A DNA stretch of 64,000 bases from a virus (lineage: Duplodnaviria > Caudoviricetes). The stretch lies in the IMG/VR virus record IMGVR_UViG_3300025372_000001; one strand, given 5' to 3'. The translations under genes and the position numbers were made by a program. The notes beneath the pieces were generated by a model. It was not told the origin of the DNA. It searched no databases and saw only the letters and a program-made list of their open reading frames with translations. This document shows, one piece after another, positions 1 through 9,369 of the stretch (within the stretch, counting starts at the first letter, position 1; each line of letters begins with the position of its first letter).

Positions 1-76
1 AAAAGGTAATGGTGATGCTGATTTCTCTAAACAGAAAACAGGTTTCGGTAAAAAAGAAGGTGAACGCCTCTTTTAA
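1..76 (+). CDS. 3' end of a gene entering from the previous window (…KGNGDADFSKQKTGFGKKEGERLF*), product unknown
   Basis: Frame +2 is open from position 2 to TAA at 74-76 and is followed by a terminator hairpin. Confidence 0.6.
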   Translation, partial: KGNGDADFSKQKTGFGKKEGERLF

Positions 77-96
77 TTGAAATAAAATAATTAAAC

Positions 97-133
97 GAAA
101 AAAGCGACAACACGAAAGTTGTCGCTTTTTTAT
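97..133 (+). terminator. Rho-independent terminator (possibly bidirectional)
   Basis: aaaaaagcgacaac-acgaaa-gttgtcgctttttt inverted repeat with a T tract. Confidence 0.85.
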
Positions 134-143
134 TTTGATAACA

Positions 144-149
144 TAAATA
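144..149 (+). promoter_or_regulatory. T4-like late promoter core TAAATA
   Basis: TAAATA 6 nt upstream of ATG 156; the same motif and spacing recur at about 20 genes. Confidence 0.65.
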
Positions 150-155
150 GTTTTT

Positions 156-806
156 ATGCTTTATTATGTTCCTGCTACTGTAGACAAATCCACTTGTATT
201 GGTAATAGTTTATCAACTATAAATATTGGATTTTCTTCTCTTGATACCAATCTAAAAGCATTATCTGCATGGACAGTTAGTAGCATCAATTTCTTAAGTG
301 CAACTATGATTTCTGTAAGTTCCACCTTACAAAACGAAATTCAGTTTCTTAGTTCCACCATGATTTCAGTTAGTTCCACACTTCAAACAGAAATCAATTA
401 CCTTAGTTCTAATATTGTTTCGGTTAGTGCCAACCTTCAAGGACAAATCAATTTAGTTAATACAGAAATCAACTATTTGAGTGCAAATATTGTTAATAGT
501 CCTTATACCATTTATCATGAACCTTCTGGAGGAATTACATGGGACATTTCTAAAACAGGAAGAAATGCTAATTTAACACTTTCTTCTAATTGTTATATGC
601 GAAATCCTTTGAATATGGTTGCAGGACAACAAGGAAATATTTCAATTGTATCTAGTGGAACTAGTGCATATTCTATTACTGCCTTTGGTAATAATTGGAT
701 TTTCTCTAATAATACTTCTGCAATGAAAGCCGTACCAAATGCAAGAAATCTTATTAGGTATTACTATAATGGAGCAGCTATTCTTAGTCAGATGATTCAG
801 TTTTAA
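156..806 (+). CDS. Short fibre-like virion protein: 18-aa coiled-coil repeats plus a C-terminal beta-rich fibre tip domain
   Basis: Repeats MISVSSTLQNEIQFLSST / MISVSSTLQTEINYLSSN; the C-terminal ITWD…ANLTLSSN…NPLNMVAGQ…YYYNG pattern resembles phage fibre tips; late promoter. Confidence 0.6.
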   Translation: MLYYVPATVDKSTCIGNSLSTINIGFSSLDTNLKALSAWTVSSINFLSATMISVSSTLQNEIQFLSSTMISVSSTLQTEINYLSSNIVSVSANLQGQINLVNTEINYLSANIVNSPYTIYHEPSGGITWDISKTGRNANLTLSSNCYMRNPLNMVAGQQGNISIVSSGTSAYSITAFGNNWIFSNNTSAMKAVPNARNLIRYYYNGAAILSQMIQF

Positions 807-1131
807 CTGATCTATAAGTTGCTATATACTTCTTTGCTGCATCATACGCAGAACCAATTAAACCATCTATACTAAGTTTCTTTGCAGCAATATCTCGATT
901 ATTGAGATGTAATCGAGTAATAATGATTGGAGTAGTAATCAGTCTATAATGTTCTTCTTTAAAATTAACTAGAACAAAACATTCTTCTGAAATTGGATGT
1001 TTATTTGGTCCAAGTGTTTGATATTGTTTATCAAAAATCTCCTTTTTCTTTTCATCATAAAAAGAGATAAACATGAATTTATCTTCATCTCTAAAAACTA
1101 AGCCATTGATTATAAGATCATTATTTTCCAT
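784..1131 (-). CDS. Hypothetical protein
   Basis: 115-aa ORF in a tightly packed - strand run. Confidence 0.6.
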   Translation of the reverse strand: MENNDLIINGLVFRDEDKFMFISFYDEKKKEIFDKQYQTLGPNKHPISEECFVLVNFKEEHYRLITTPIIITRLHLNNRDIAAKKLSIDGLIGSAYDAAKKYIATYRSVKTESSD

Positions 1132-1360
1132 TTTTATTCGGGGATAAAGTTTTAATTAGACGAAATGGATCAAGATATTTCTTAGCACATTTATTACAAA
1201 TGACATAATGTTTATGTGTGACATTGTAATATTGATAAAATCTGCCGTGACATTTTTTACAAGATGTATCAGGTTTTTCTATTAAAGGTAATTGATGAGG
1301 ATCGTCTAATTCCGTTAAGGAATCATAAATCTCGCCAGAAAATAATGAAAAATATAACAT
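1121..1360 (-). CDS. Small putative Zn-binding protein
   Basis: CKKCHG … CNKC pairs. Confidence 0.55.
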   Translation of the reverse strand: MLYFSLFSGEIYDSLTELDDPHQLPLIEKPDTSCKKCHGRFYQYYNVTHKHYVICNKCAKKYLDPFRLIKTLSPNKNGK

Positions 1361-1361
1361 G

Positions 1362-1727
1362 TTAAGTAAATTCGATTTCTAGAATGCGGTCAATAAATTT
1401 AGATGGTTTTTCAGGAATAGTTGTAGCACAAATCTGAAGCATCAAAGGTAACATATCTTTCTTGTTAGTCAAGGTCTTAAATCTATAATCTAAGTAAAGA
1501 ATGCCTTCATCAGGATATTCATCATATGCGAAAGGATACGGTAATTTAAATGATATAATTTTCTTGGTATTTTCAATGACTAATTCAAAGAAGAAATTAT
1601 TAGTAACTATATGGTTCTGAATAAGAAGGAATTTACCTGTTTTAATTTCTTCTTCTCCAATACGCAAAGTTATATTCTTCTGGAAGTACTTAGGAAATAT
1701 CTTTTCAAAACCATCGATTTGTAACAT
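1362..1727 (-). CDS. Hypothetical protein
   Basis: 121-aa ORF; TAAATA (1734-1739, - strand) 6 nt upstream. Confidence 0.65.
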   Translation of the reverse strand: MLQIDGFEKIFPKYFQKNITLRIGEEEIKTGKFLLIQNHIVTNNFFFELVIENTKKIISFKLPYPFAYDEYPDEGILYLDYRFKTLTNKKDMLPLMLQICATTIPEKPSKFIDRILEIEFT

Positions 1728-1767
1728 TTGAATTATTTAGAAAGAATAATAATCAATTCAATGTTGT

Positions 1768-2283
1768 TTATTTTCTTTTAAAGTATTTTTTGATACGATC
1801 AACAAAAGGTTTAAATTTATCTGCTGCTCTTTGAAAGATATTCTTTTTAACTTCGGGAGTTACATTAGGGGAATATGCTTTGGTTTCATCACCGACATAT
1901 CCCATAAATTTAAGTTTATCATCTTGAGACATTCCTATGATATATTCATAGAAATATTCTTTAAATGATTCTATTCCTTCTGGTGTTGAAACATCCCAAA
2001 TTTGTTTAATAGTTACTTGTTCTGCACCAAAGACCCGATAATCTTGGCGAAACATGTCCCAAACAACACAAAGATTATATTGTTTATAATTATATCCCAT
2101 TCCGATACCTTTTGGTGCTCGGAAATTTAATACTTGATGACCGAAATCACTATTCAGTAATTCATAATTCGTGGTTCCAAATAAACCACGAATATCAGAC
2201 CATCCCATTTTTTTATGACGGCGAACAAAACTTAACTCAACTACTTGTCTTCCTAATGTTACTTGTAATTGAGCGTTACTCAC
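1768..2283 (-). CDS. Hypothetical protein with an SH3/WYL_2-like N-terminal domain
   Basis: VELSFVRR…VVWDMFRQDYRVF resembles the phage WYL_2 (DUF2693) pattern; GTG start with TAAATA 5 nt upstream. Confidence 0.45.
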   Translation of the reverse strand: MSNAQLQVTLGRQVVELSFVRRHKKMGWSDIRGLFGTTNYELLNSDFGHQVLNFRAPKGIGMGYNYKQYNLCVVWDMFRQDYRVFGAEQVTIKQIWDVSTPEGIESFKEYFYEYIIGMSQDDKLKFMGYVGDETKAYSPNVTPEVKKNIFQRAADKFKPFVDRIKKYFKRK

Positions 2284-2291
2284 TTACATAT

Positions 2292-2735
2292 TTATTCACC
2301 TAAAAGAATTTGATCAGTAATGTCTTGTTTCATTTCTTCTTCGGTACCATCATATTCCATAACTGCCATAACTGCATCTTCTTTAACGAAATGAGTTTTA
2401 TAACCATCTACTGTTCGATGCGCAGGTTGTCCCACTTGTTTAACAAACAACACACGACTTCCTACTAATGCATATTTGGTTTCAGGTCCACACATGAGAA
2501 TTTCTCCCAGAGAATAAATTCCTTTTGCACTAGATGTAGGAAGAAATAAACCATTTTTCTTGACCTGATTAGTATCAGGTTCATCTAAAAGTTTAACCCA
2601 TAAAGTATCTTTATAAAGCTGAGTAATTTTCCAATCTTTTAGATCGATATTATGATTAATAATACGTTCTGTACGAGTTTGACTTTTTGCTACTACTGCT
2701 TCGATTAGACGTTCTTGGGCATTATTTTGTTCCAT
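2292..2735 (-). CDS. groES: GroES-like co-chaperonin (gp31 analogue)
   Basis: LYKDTLWVK…NGLFLP…GEILMCGP…VGSRVLF…FVKEDAVMAV matches the Cpn10 pattern. Confidence 0.8.
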   Translation of the reverse strand: MEQNNAQERLIEAVVAKSQTRTERIINHNIDLKDWKITQLYKDTLWVKLLDEPDTNQVKKNGLFLPTSSAKGIYSLGEILMCGPETKYALVGSRVLFVKQVGQPAHRTVDGYKTHFVKEDAVMAVMEYDGTEEEMKQDITDQILLGE

Positions 2736-2759
2736 ATGTGTTGCTTTTACTTAATACTC

Positions 2760-3179
2760 TTATTCTTTATTATCTAGTTTCTTGTAAATCTTTTCTTCGT
2801 CTTGATATGATTTTAAAACATCTGGAAATATTTCTATTGCTGCTTCTAATTCTCTTTTAGAGATTTCCATATTTTGACAAAGCTGATTAATAATGGGTGT
2901 TTCCAAATTAACTTTTACTTTATCCTTCTTAGACATTAACCATTCCAATCTTTTCCATTTGTTTTTAGGGAATACTAATCGAAGAAAATCAACGAATTGT
3001 TGAGGTTCTAAAACTGAATGATAAACATTAGTTGTCCCATTAATTAACTGACAAAAGGAGGGATTCTGATAAGAAATAATTTTATTAATTAAGAATGGAT
3101 TAGGGTCATCGCCAGGAAGAAGTCTTTCGTTCTTTTTGGTGAAGAGAATATCATTTACAATATCAAAGGGTGTTTTCAT
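2760..3179 (-). CDS. gp62: Clamp loader small subunit (gp62-like)
   Basis: MKTPFDIVNDIL…PFLINKIIS…KWKRLEWL pattern and ~140-aa size typical of gp62. Confidence 0.7.
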   Translation of the reverse strand: MKTPFDIVNDILFTKKNERLLPGDDPNPFLINKIISYQNPSFCQLINGTTNVYHSVLEPQQFVDFLRLVFPKNKWKRLEWLMSKKDKVKVNLETPIINQLCQNMEISKRELEAAIEIFPDVLKSYQDEEKIYKKLDNKE

Positions 3180-3254
3180 TATTATCTTTTCTAAACTGTT
3201 TAATTAATGTAAAATTTATTATTATCTTTTCTAAACTGTTTAATTAATGTAAAA
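3179..3254. repeat. Exact 36-bp direct repeat with 40-bp period
   Basis: ttattatcttttctaaactgtttaattaatgtaaaa at 3179-3214 and 3219-3254. Confidence 0.9.
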
Positions 3255-3694
3255 AATTCTTGCTCAATTAATTCTGCAAATTCTTTCTGTAAACTTTCAT
3301 CAGGAAAGAATACTCGGAAACTATATGTTCCATTATTAGCTGAACTATATTTAGGGAAACCGAATATGCAAGCATTTACTGTTTTCTGTTGAACGATTAA
3401 CGAATCGGGGGTTTCTCGATATGCCAAATAATAGCGAATAATATTATATTCGTGATTAAAATGATTCTTTCCTACCCAATTATCTAAAAAAAGTAAAAGT
3501 CTATCAAAAAACCATAATTTAAACAGATGTCCTGCATCCTTATTAATATACGGAATTTCAATATATAAATCTGTATTAGATTTTTGTAAATCAATTAATA
3601 TATTTCCTTGAAATGAATAATCCTTACCAAAATAAGAGGTAAGAGGAAACTGATAATTACTTTGAGAACCGTTATCTTTATTATCTACAATCAT
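3200..3694 (-). CDS. Hypothetical protein
   Basis: 164-aa ORF overlapping its upstream neighbour by ATGA. Confidence 0.65.
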   Translation of the reverse strand: MIVDNKDNGSQSNYQFPLTSYFGKDYSFQGNILIDLQKSNTDLYIEIPYINKDAGHLFKLWFFDRLLLFLDNWVGKNHFNHEYNIIRYYLAYRETPDSLIVQQKTVNACIFGFPKYSSANNGTYSFRVFFPDESLQKEFAELIEQEFFTLIKQFRKDNNKFYIN

Positions 3695-4425
3695 ATGCTT
3701 TTATTATAATCTCTATAATCAATTAGAAATTCTTTGGCTAATTTATACCAAAGGGGATCATTTTGAAATTCGCCTAATCCATGATGAATACCAAAGATAG
3801 GATAAACACCAATGGTTAAGCCTTTTTGGATTGCTTCTGCACATGCAGACATATCATAGTGATGAAAGGTATATTTCTCATTAAATTTAACTTCTTTTTC
3901 TCTAACGGATTTACCTTTAAAACTGATAAAAACACCATCCACAAAGACAGCAGGGGCAGGGGTTGGTCCAAAATAAGAAGAATTGATATATGGAAAAGGA
4001 AATCCGCCTATATCTTTAGGAATAAGATGGGAAAGGAACCCGCGTCCATCTTCTCTTTTGTTCATACATAAATGCCATGCAGGAGTTTTAGCATTAGTAT
4101 AATTCTGACTTGCTGCTCCTGCGATACCTACAATATCAAACCGTCTATGGGCATCCACAATTTTTGAAAAGAATAACAAATCATGGATTTCTAAATCATC
4201 ATGCATGAAAACAGTGTATTCGTCTTCTTTATCAGTAATATACTCATTATAAAGTTGACAGAATCCTTTTTTGTTTTCCGTCAAAATATGTATTTCATAT
4301 TGTGTTGATTTATGAACCGTGGAAAGTGGTTGTGTCGATAATATCAGACACTTATATGCATCACTTTTTTCGTATACATCACGGGTTTTTATTGTAGGAA
4401 CGATTATCTTAACAGAATAAGCCAT
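3691..4425 (-). CDS. GT-A fold glycosyltransferase (GT2-like); start probably the ATG at 4425 rather than the GTG at 4479
   Basis: VFMHDDL, DIVGIAGA, FVDGVFI, KFNEKYTFHHYDMSAC, HHGLG motifs. Confidence 0.8.
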   Translation of the reverse strand: MAYSVKIIVPTIKTRDVYEKSDAYKCLILSTQPLSTVHKSTQYEIHILTENKKGFCQLYNEYITDKEDEYTVFMHDDLEIHDLLFFSKIVDAHRRFDIVGIAGAASQNYTNAKTPAWHLCMNKREDGRGFLSHLIPKDIGGFPFPYINSSYFGPTPAPAVFVDGVFISFKGKSVREKEVKFNEKYTFHHYDMSACAEAIQKGLTIGVYPIFGIHHGLGEFQNDPLWYKLAKEFLIDYRDYNKSI

Positions 4426-4504
4426 AAACAAATATACTTCTTTCTTTTCTCTTTGCAACTTATCATTTTCAAATCTCACTCCATAAGAATAAATAATGTA
4501 ATAT

Positions 4505-5071
4505 ATGAATTATTCGAAATATTTCGCCCAAATCCTTCTTGAAGATACTGACATCGGAAATCCTACTCATGATAATGAAAGTGATAATCCTCTTGCTTCT
4601 TTCCTTGATGACGGCACAAATGAAGATGCCTTTGATACCGAAGGCATTGCTGACAGTCTAAAGAAAATTGAAGATAATTTTGATAAAAAAATGGCTCTTC
4701 TTGATAATATTGACGGAATGGATAAACATGAAATCAATTCTCGTCTTGACCAACTAGAAGAATATCTTACTACTCTTCGTGCTTTCGTTGATTCTAAAGA
4801 TGAAGTGGATATGAAAAATCCTTATTCAGTCATGGCGAATATCATTCGTCGGGATACTGTTAAGAAAACTAACTTTGATCAAGTCACTAAAGCTATTGAA
4901 AATTATAAGAATGCATCAAAAAAAGAAGAACAAGCAACTGAACAAGCTGCAAGAGAAGTTAAAGATTCTCTCGGAGATTTAGCAAAAGCCCGTAAATCAG
5001 TAACTTCTACTGGTGGTTCGGAAAGTCCTGAACAAACTTCCGGTCCTTATGACGATGATGACACTTTTTAA
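4505..5071 (+). CDS. Acidic hypothetical late protein (possible head-internal protein)
   Basis: TAAATA at 4490-4495; N-terminal YFAQILLE resembles a T4 protease-cleaved leader. Confidence 0.6.
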   Translation: MNYSKYFAQILLEDTDIGNPTHDNESDNPLASFLDDGTNEDAFDTEGIADSLKKIEDNFDKKMALLDNIDGMDKHEINSRLDQLEEYLTTLRAFVDSKDEVDMKNPYSVMANIIRRDTVKKTNFDQVTKAIENYKNASKKEEQATEQAAREVKDSLGDLAKARKSVTSTGGSESPEQTSGPYDDDDTF

Positions 5072-5075
5072 AAAT

Positions 5076-5288
5076 ATGGACGATAAATTAACACAATTAG
5101 TACAAGAACAATATCAGATTATATCTGAAGAAGGTGATCCCTCACAACATTTAGACGAAATTTATAATTTACGGATGCGTCGTATTTTTGAAATTTGTTT
5201 ATCCCTTAAACAGAATGGTGTTTCTGTTGAACGAATTATAGCAGGACTAAATAAAACTATAAATTTTCTATCCAAACAAAATAATTAA
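5076..5288 (+). CDS. Hypothetical protein (start revised to ATG 5076)
   Basis: MDDKLTQLVQEQYQIISEE…; this start follows the previous stop at 5071. Confidence 0.5.
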   Translation: MDDKLTQLVQEQYQIISEEGDPSQHLDEIYNLRMRRIFEICLSLKQNGVSVERIIAGLNKTINFLSKQNN

Positions 5289-6271
5289 AGTTGGAGAAGT
5301 CCCTTTTCTCCCGTAAAACAATATTGAATAATTAAAGCAGGATCAACAAAATCCTGCTTTTTTTCTACACAGAAATCGTTCAAATCCTTAAATTCTTCAA
5401 ACTCATTCTTAAACAAAAATAAAGTTTCTCCTGCTTTAAATTTACTGACAATTTTATTAACTACTTCTTTCTTTTCAAAGTTTACATTATCTAATACCCA
5501 AACTCTTTCATGTAATGGAAATGCAGATAATTCTTCCTCTTGTTGACTAGTCAAAGTCAATCCTGAAACAGCAACTCCGTTTTCCACAAACATTGAATCT
5601 ATTTGCCCTTCAAATAAAAATATATAAGGAATCTCTGGTTTAATCTTATCAATATTAAAAACCGTCTTAGGAGAATTGAATTTTAATAGATATTTTGCTG
5701 AATCATCATTAAGAATCTTTCGAGAAGTATAACAAACAATTCTACCGTTCTTGTAAAAAGGAATGATTAAACGATTCTTATGAAAATTGTCATTAAGACA
5801 AACATAAAAAGTCCGAGGAGCATTTATAGCAGAAAACAATCTTCTCGATTTACAATATTCTAATGCTTTTAATACAATTTTATTATTTTTATAAAATTTT
5901 AATTGAATTTCATCAGTTAAGTTAACACATTCTCCTGGTAAATCAGGCAGAACATAATCATTGGTTTTAGTTTCTCCGTCCCATTGAAGAATAAAATTAT
6001 CACCAGTATATTCATTTATATCTGCAACAAGTTCTTTATGAGACATTCCTGTTACTTCTCTGATCCACCAATAGGGATTCCAAGAACGGGCACAATTATA
6101 ACAATATAAAAAATCTTCTTTTAAATAATAAAAAAGCCGTTGTTTAATGTTCCAACTTTCCCCTTCATGACAGATAGGACAACCCCCATTCATATAATTA
6201 GAATATGTTTTACTTTTATTAGTAAACAGATTAAATTTTGATATAGTATAGACGGTTGGAACAGTTATCAT
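5285..6271 (-). CDS. gp61: DNA primase, T4 gp61-like
   Basis: Zn finger CPICHEG…CYNC, NRLIIPF, TOPRIM LFEGQIDSMF…AVSG, WVLDN, KDLND. Confidence 0.92.
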   Translation of the reverse strand: MITVPTVYTISKFNLFTNKSKTYSNYMNGGCPICHEGESWNIKQRLFYYLKEDFLYCYNCARSWNPYWWIREVTGMSHKELVADINEYTGDNFILQWDGETKTNDYVLPDLPGECVNLTDEIQLKFYKNNKIVLKALEYCKSRRLFSAINAPRTFYVCLNDNFHKNRLIIPFYKNGRIVCYTSRKILNDDSAKYLLKFNSPKTVFNIDKIKPEIPYIFLFEGQIDSMFVENGVAVSGLTLTSQQEEELSAFPLHERVWVLDNVNFEKKEVVNKIVSKFKAGETLFLFKNEFEEFKDLNDFCVEKKQDFVDPALIIQYCFTGEKGLLQL

Positions 6272-6339
6272 TTTTGCAACACTAGGTTTAAAGGTAACAC
6301 ACTAACAATGAGCTTTCAAATAATTCGGTAAATAATAAC

Positions 6340-6810
6340 ATGACTGAAAAATTTGATGCTTATGTGAATAAACTGATAACAGAATTGCTTACGCCTAAGA
6401 ATAAGCGTAAAGAGCATAAATCAAGATATTGGGATACGGGAATGTATTATAAGGCACAACCTCGTAAAGTTCGTTCCATGAATACTAAGACGGCTTCTCA
6501 AAGAACCAAGTTAGGCAATCAACAATATATTGGTAATATTTGGACAAAAGAGGGACCAAGAGGTAAAAATAAAAGTGAGAAAGACCCCCATGAAATCACC
6601 ATTGCAAAAGGAATTGGTTCTCATATTAAAAGAGATGGAATAAATCCTAAGAAAGTTGGTTCATCTATTAACTCTAAACAAGGTGATATGGAAATCAAAT
6701 ATAATCTTGCTAATGGAGATAGTATGGTTGGTAAGAAAGTTGAAAAGGATTATTTTCAAGGCGGCGTGCAAAGAAACCACATGAAACGTTCATTAAATAA
6801 TAAAAAATAA
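6340..6810 (+). CDS. Basic hypothetical late protein
   Basis: TAAATA 6329-6334; K/R-rich; N-terminus MTEKFDAYVNKLITE. Confidence 0.65.
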   Translation: MTEKFDAYVNKLITELLTPKNKRKEHKSRYWDTGMYYKAQPRKVRSMNTKTASQRTKLGNQQYIGNIWTKEGPRGKNKSEKDPHEITIAKGIGSHIKRDGINPKKVGSSINSKQGDMEIKYNLANGDSMVGKKVEKDYFQGGVQRNHMKRSLNNKK

Positions 6811-7568
6811 TGTTACCTATTTCTAATGTTTATTTGCCGACTAATTGTGGAAACATAACTCCGCAATTTTTCAATATTTGTCAGATGCAAACGCCTCCTG
6901 ACATAACCAAAGGGCATGTTTCATATTTTCATAGCTTATTATGTAATTGGGCATTAAATGTTCCACTTAATTTTCAATGGGTAGCAGTTATTCATGCTAA
7001 AAACAAGGGTTATCTATTCAATCAAATTCAACAGATAATGCCTTCCCTTGAACCGGCAGGATGGAATATCGGAACAACTGTAAACGACACTTGGACGGCA
7101 GCAACACAAGACGTTATTGGATGTATTTTTGCTCAAGGGGTTAATCTTCCCGGTGAAGTAATTAATACTAAACATGTAGGTATTGAATCAGGTAGTAATA
7201 GAGGGTTTATTAATTCTCCTATTATTATGGGAAGAAGTGAGTTCCCCAATCTTGATATGGGGTTCCTAGAAACGAACAGATCGTTCGTAGACGGCGTTTT
7301 ACGTCCTTGGAGTATCCTAGTAGCTCACAAGGGTTTGATTGCGTCACAGCAGTCTATAAAGGCAAATATAGACGTGTATGAATTAGCCAAAAATGGGGAT
7401 TGTGCTCCTACTGCTATTAGAAAAATGTGGCATTTCGAGGATTGTGCCCCAATCTACATTTCTCCTGAAGAAAAGAATTATACTTCCACTACTGATTATC
7501 CAAAAAGACAAGCAAACTTTGTTTACAATAGCTATTATGTCACAGATTATGGTAATGGTATGCCTTAA
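6810..7568 (+). CDS. Baseplate tail-tube initiator / tube-fold protein (gp54/gp19 family)
   Basis: AQGVNLPGE…LDMGFLET…W…IDVYEL…WHFEDCAP…FVY pattern of the gp19/gp54 fold; baseplate context. Confidence 0.7.
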   Translation: MLPISNVYLPTNCGNITPQFFNICQMQTPPDITKGHVSYFHSLLCNWALNVPLNFQWVAVIHAKNKGYLFNQIQQIMPSLEPAGWNIGTTVNDTWTAATQDVIGCIFAQGVNLPGEVINTKHVGIESGSNRGFINSPIIMGRSEFPNLDMGFLETNRSFVDGVLRPWSILVAHKGLIASQQSIKANIDVYELAKNGDCAPTAIRKMWHFEDCAPIYISPEEKNYTSTTDYPKRQANFVYNSYYVTDYGNGMP

Positions 7569-7576
7569 ATAAGTTA

Positions 7577-8521
7577 ATGCAAAACACTTATTTGATTTGG
7601 ATTCCTTCAATTCAAAAAAATATTCGATTTAAAGAGCTTACCAATAGTCAATATCGAATAATTCTCAAGAATTTAGACGATGATACTGATTTAGACTTTC
7701 TTTACAACCTAAACAATATCATAAAAAATAATATTGTGGATGATTTTGACTATAAGTTATTCACTATTATTGATAGATTTGTCATTTTTCTTTATTTTAA
7801 GATTCTTAGTTGTAGTCCTTTACTTGATTTGGTTAAAAAATGTGAAAAATGTGAAAAAGAAGATAAAATAAGAATTAATTTAAATGATTTATTGGATGTA
7901 TTAGGTCCAGTTATTGATAAATCATTCATTCATCATGTAGAATACGATAATTATCCTATTTCTGTTATATGTGATGTTCCTACTATTGATTACGAATACC
8001 AAAATCTTCTGTTTTGTGCTGATTATAACATCAAAACTGATACCTTAGAGAATAATATCGAGAAATATTTGTTCGGATACATTAAACAATTGGTTCATAA
8101 TGGAACAATCATTGAATTGAATAAATTATCGATGCAAGAGAAGAAAATAGCAATTAATAAAATACCTGCTAATATCATATTGAAGATTAAACAAGAATAT
8201 TTGGAACCGATTTTTCAAGAATTTAGAAATGTGGTTTTTTTAGATATGAAATGTAAAGATTGTGGAACCAATTTTGAACTAAAATTAGAAACCAATAATA
8301 TTAATCCATTATTGAAGATGTTTTTTCGGGATAATACCTTGAATGGATTATTAGGAGAATATTTTAATGTTGCATCAACAGCGCATATATCTAATGAATT
8401 TTTTAATGATTCGTCTCCAAGAGAACTAAACATTTTACATGATTTTGCTAAGTCAACACACACTTCTAATGATAAACCCCAAAACAATCCCAATGAGATT
8501 GACTTGTTTGCTCAAAATTAA
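7577..8521 (+). CDS. gp26: Baseplate hub assembly protein, gp26-like, with a gp51-like C-terminal segment
   Basis: IRFKELT…, CEKCEK and CKDCG Zn pairs, C-terminal LLKMFF…SPRELNIL. Confidence 0.7.
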   Translation: MQNTYLIWIPSIQKNIRFKELTNSQYRIILKNLDDDTDLDFLYNLNNIIKNNIVDDFDYKLFTIIDRFVIFLYFKILSCSPLLDLVKKCEKCEKEDKIRINLNDLLDVLGPVIDKSFIHHVEYDNYPISVICDVPTIDYEYQNLLFCADYNIKTDTLENNIEKYLFGYIKQLVHNGTIIELNKLSMQEKKIAINKIPANIILKIKQEYLEPIFQEFRNVVFLDMKCKDCGTNFELKLETNNINPLLKMFFRDNTLNGLLGEYFNVASTAHISNEFFNDSSPRELNILHDFAKSTHTSNDKPQNNPNEIDLFAQN

Positions 8522-8538
8522 TAATTAAATATTTCCAT

Positions 8539-9369
8539 ATGTCTGATCCAGTTCAATTTAACGATATTCTTGCCCTTCTTGATAGTGCCAACAAAACATT
8601 AGAAACAGAAATCTACGTTCCGTCTCTAAACACTTCCTTTACCGCAAAGGCATTGAATGCTAATCATACTAAGAATATAGTTAAGACTACAGTAGAAGGA
8701 CCATTTGCAGATAATCAATTCACTATTATCATGTATACCATTCTTTCAGACATTTTTGCTAATAAACTTGATTTAAAAACTCTTAATTTATATGATAAAT
8801 TATTAATTCTTCTTCAACTAAGAGCAAAGAATATTAAAGATGAAGTAAAGCTAACCTTTGTATCAGAAGAAGGTAAACAAGCGGAAAAGAGTATATCTTT
8901 AGCTAAACATGTGGAAAAACTTAAGAAGAATTCTCCTACATTTGTCAATCAAACAATTCATATTGGTATTGATGAAAATAACAAATATGATTTTATATTA
9001 AATCTTCCTTCTGTGTCAGAAGAGTTTACTTTTGAGAATCAATTATATCAGAATAAGTTATCAAAGATTGTAGAAGATGATGTAAAGCAAATGAAGGAAT
9101 TGATTGCTCCTATTTTTCTTAGTAGGACTGCTCCTTTTATTAAATCCATTATTATTAATGACAAAACAATTGATTTAGTTTCATTAAGTGTAACAGAGCG
9201 TATTGCTATTGTAGAAAGATTGCCTTCCAAAGCAATTCTAACTATCTTAGAAAAAGTAGATGAAGTGTACGGTAAAGTTCTTCAAGACGCTACCAAGATA
9301 ACTAAGACAATTGATGGTGTCAGTTATGTTGCTAATATCAAAATTGATGCCTCCTTCTTTATTGGATAG
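8539..9369 (+). CDS. Second gp26-like baseplate hub assembly protein
   Basis: EIYVPSLN…YDKLLILLQLRAKNI…; TAAATA 8526-8531. Confidence 0.65.
   Translation: MSDPVQFNDILALLDSANKTLETEIYVPSLNTSFTAKALNANHTKNIVKTTVEGPFADNQFTIIMYTILSDIFANKLDLKTLNLYDKLLILLQLRAKNIKDEVKLTFVSEEGKQAEKSISLAKHVEKLKKNSPTFVNQTIHIGIDENNKYDFILNLPSVSEEFTFENQLYQNKLSKIVEDDVKQMKELIAPIFLSRTAPFIKSIIINDKTIDLVSLSVTERIAIVERLPSKAILTILEKVDEVYGKVLQDATKITKTIDGVSYVANIKIDASFFIG

Noticed and set aside
3179-3254. CRISPR mini-array
   Set aside because: Only two copies separated by 4 nt, no spacer-length unique sequence, and no cas genes
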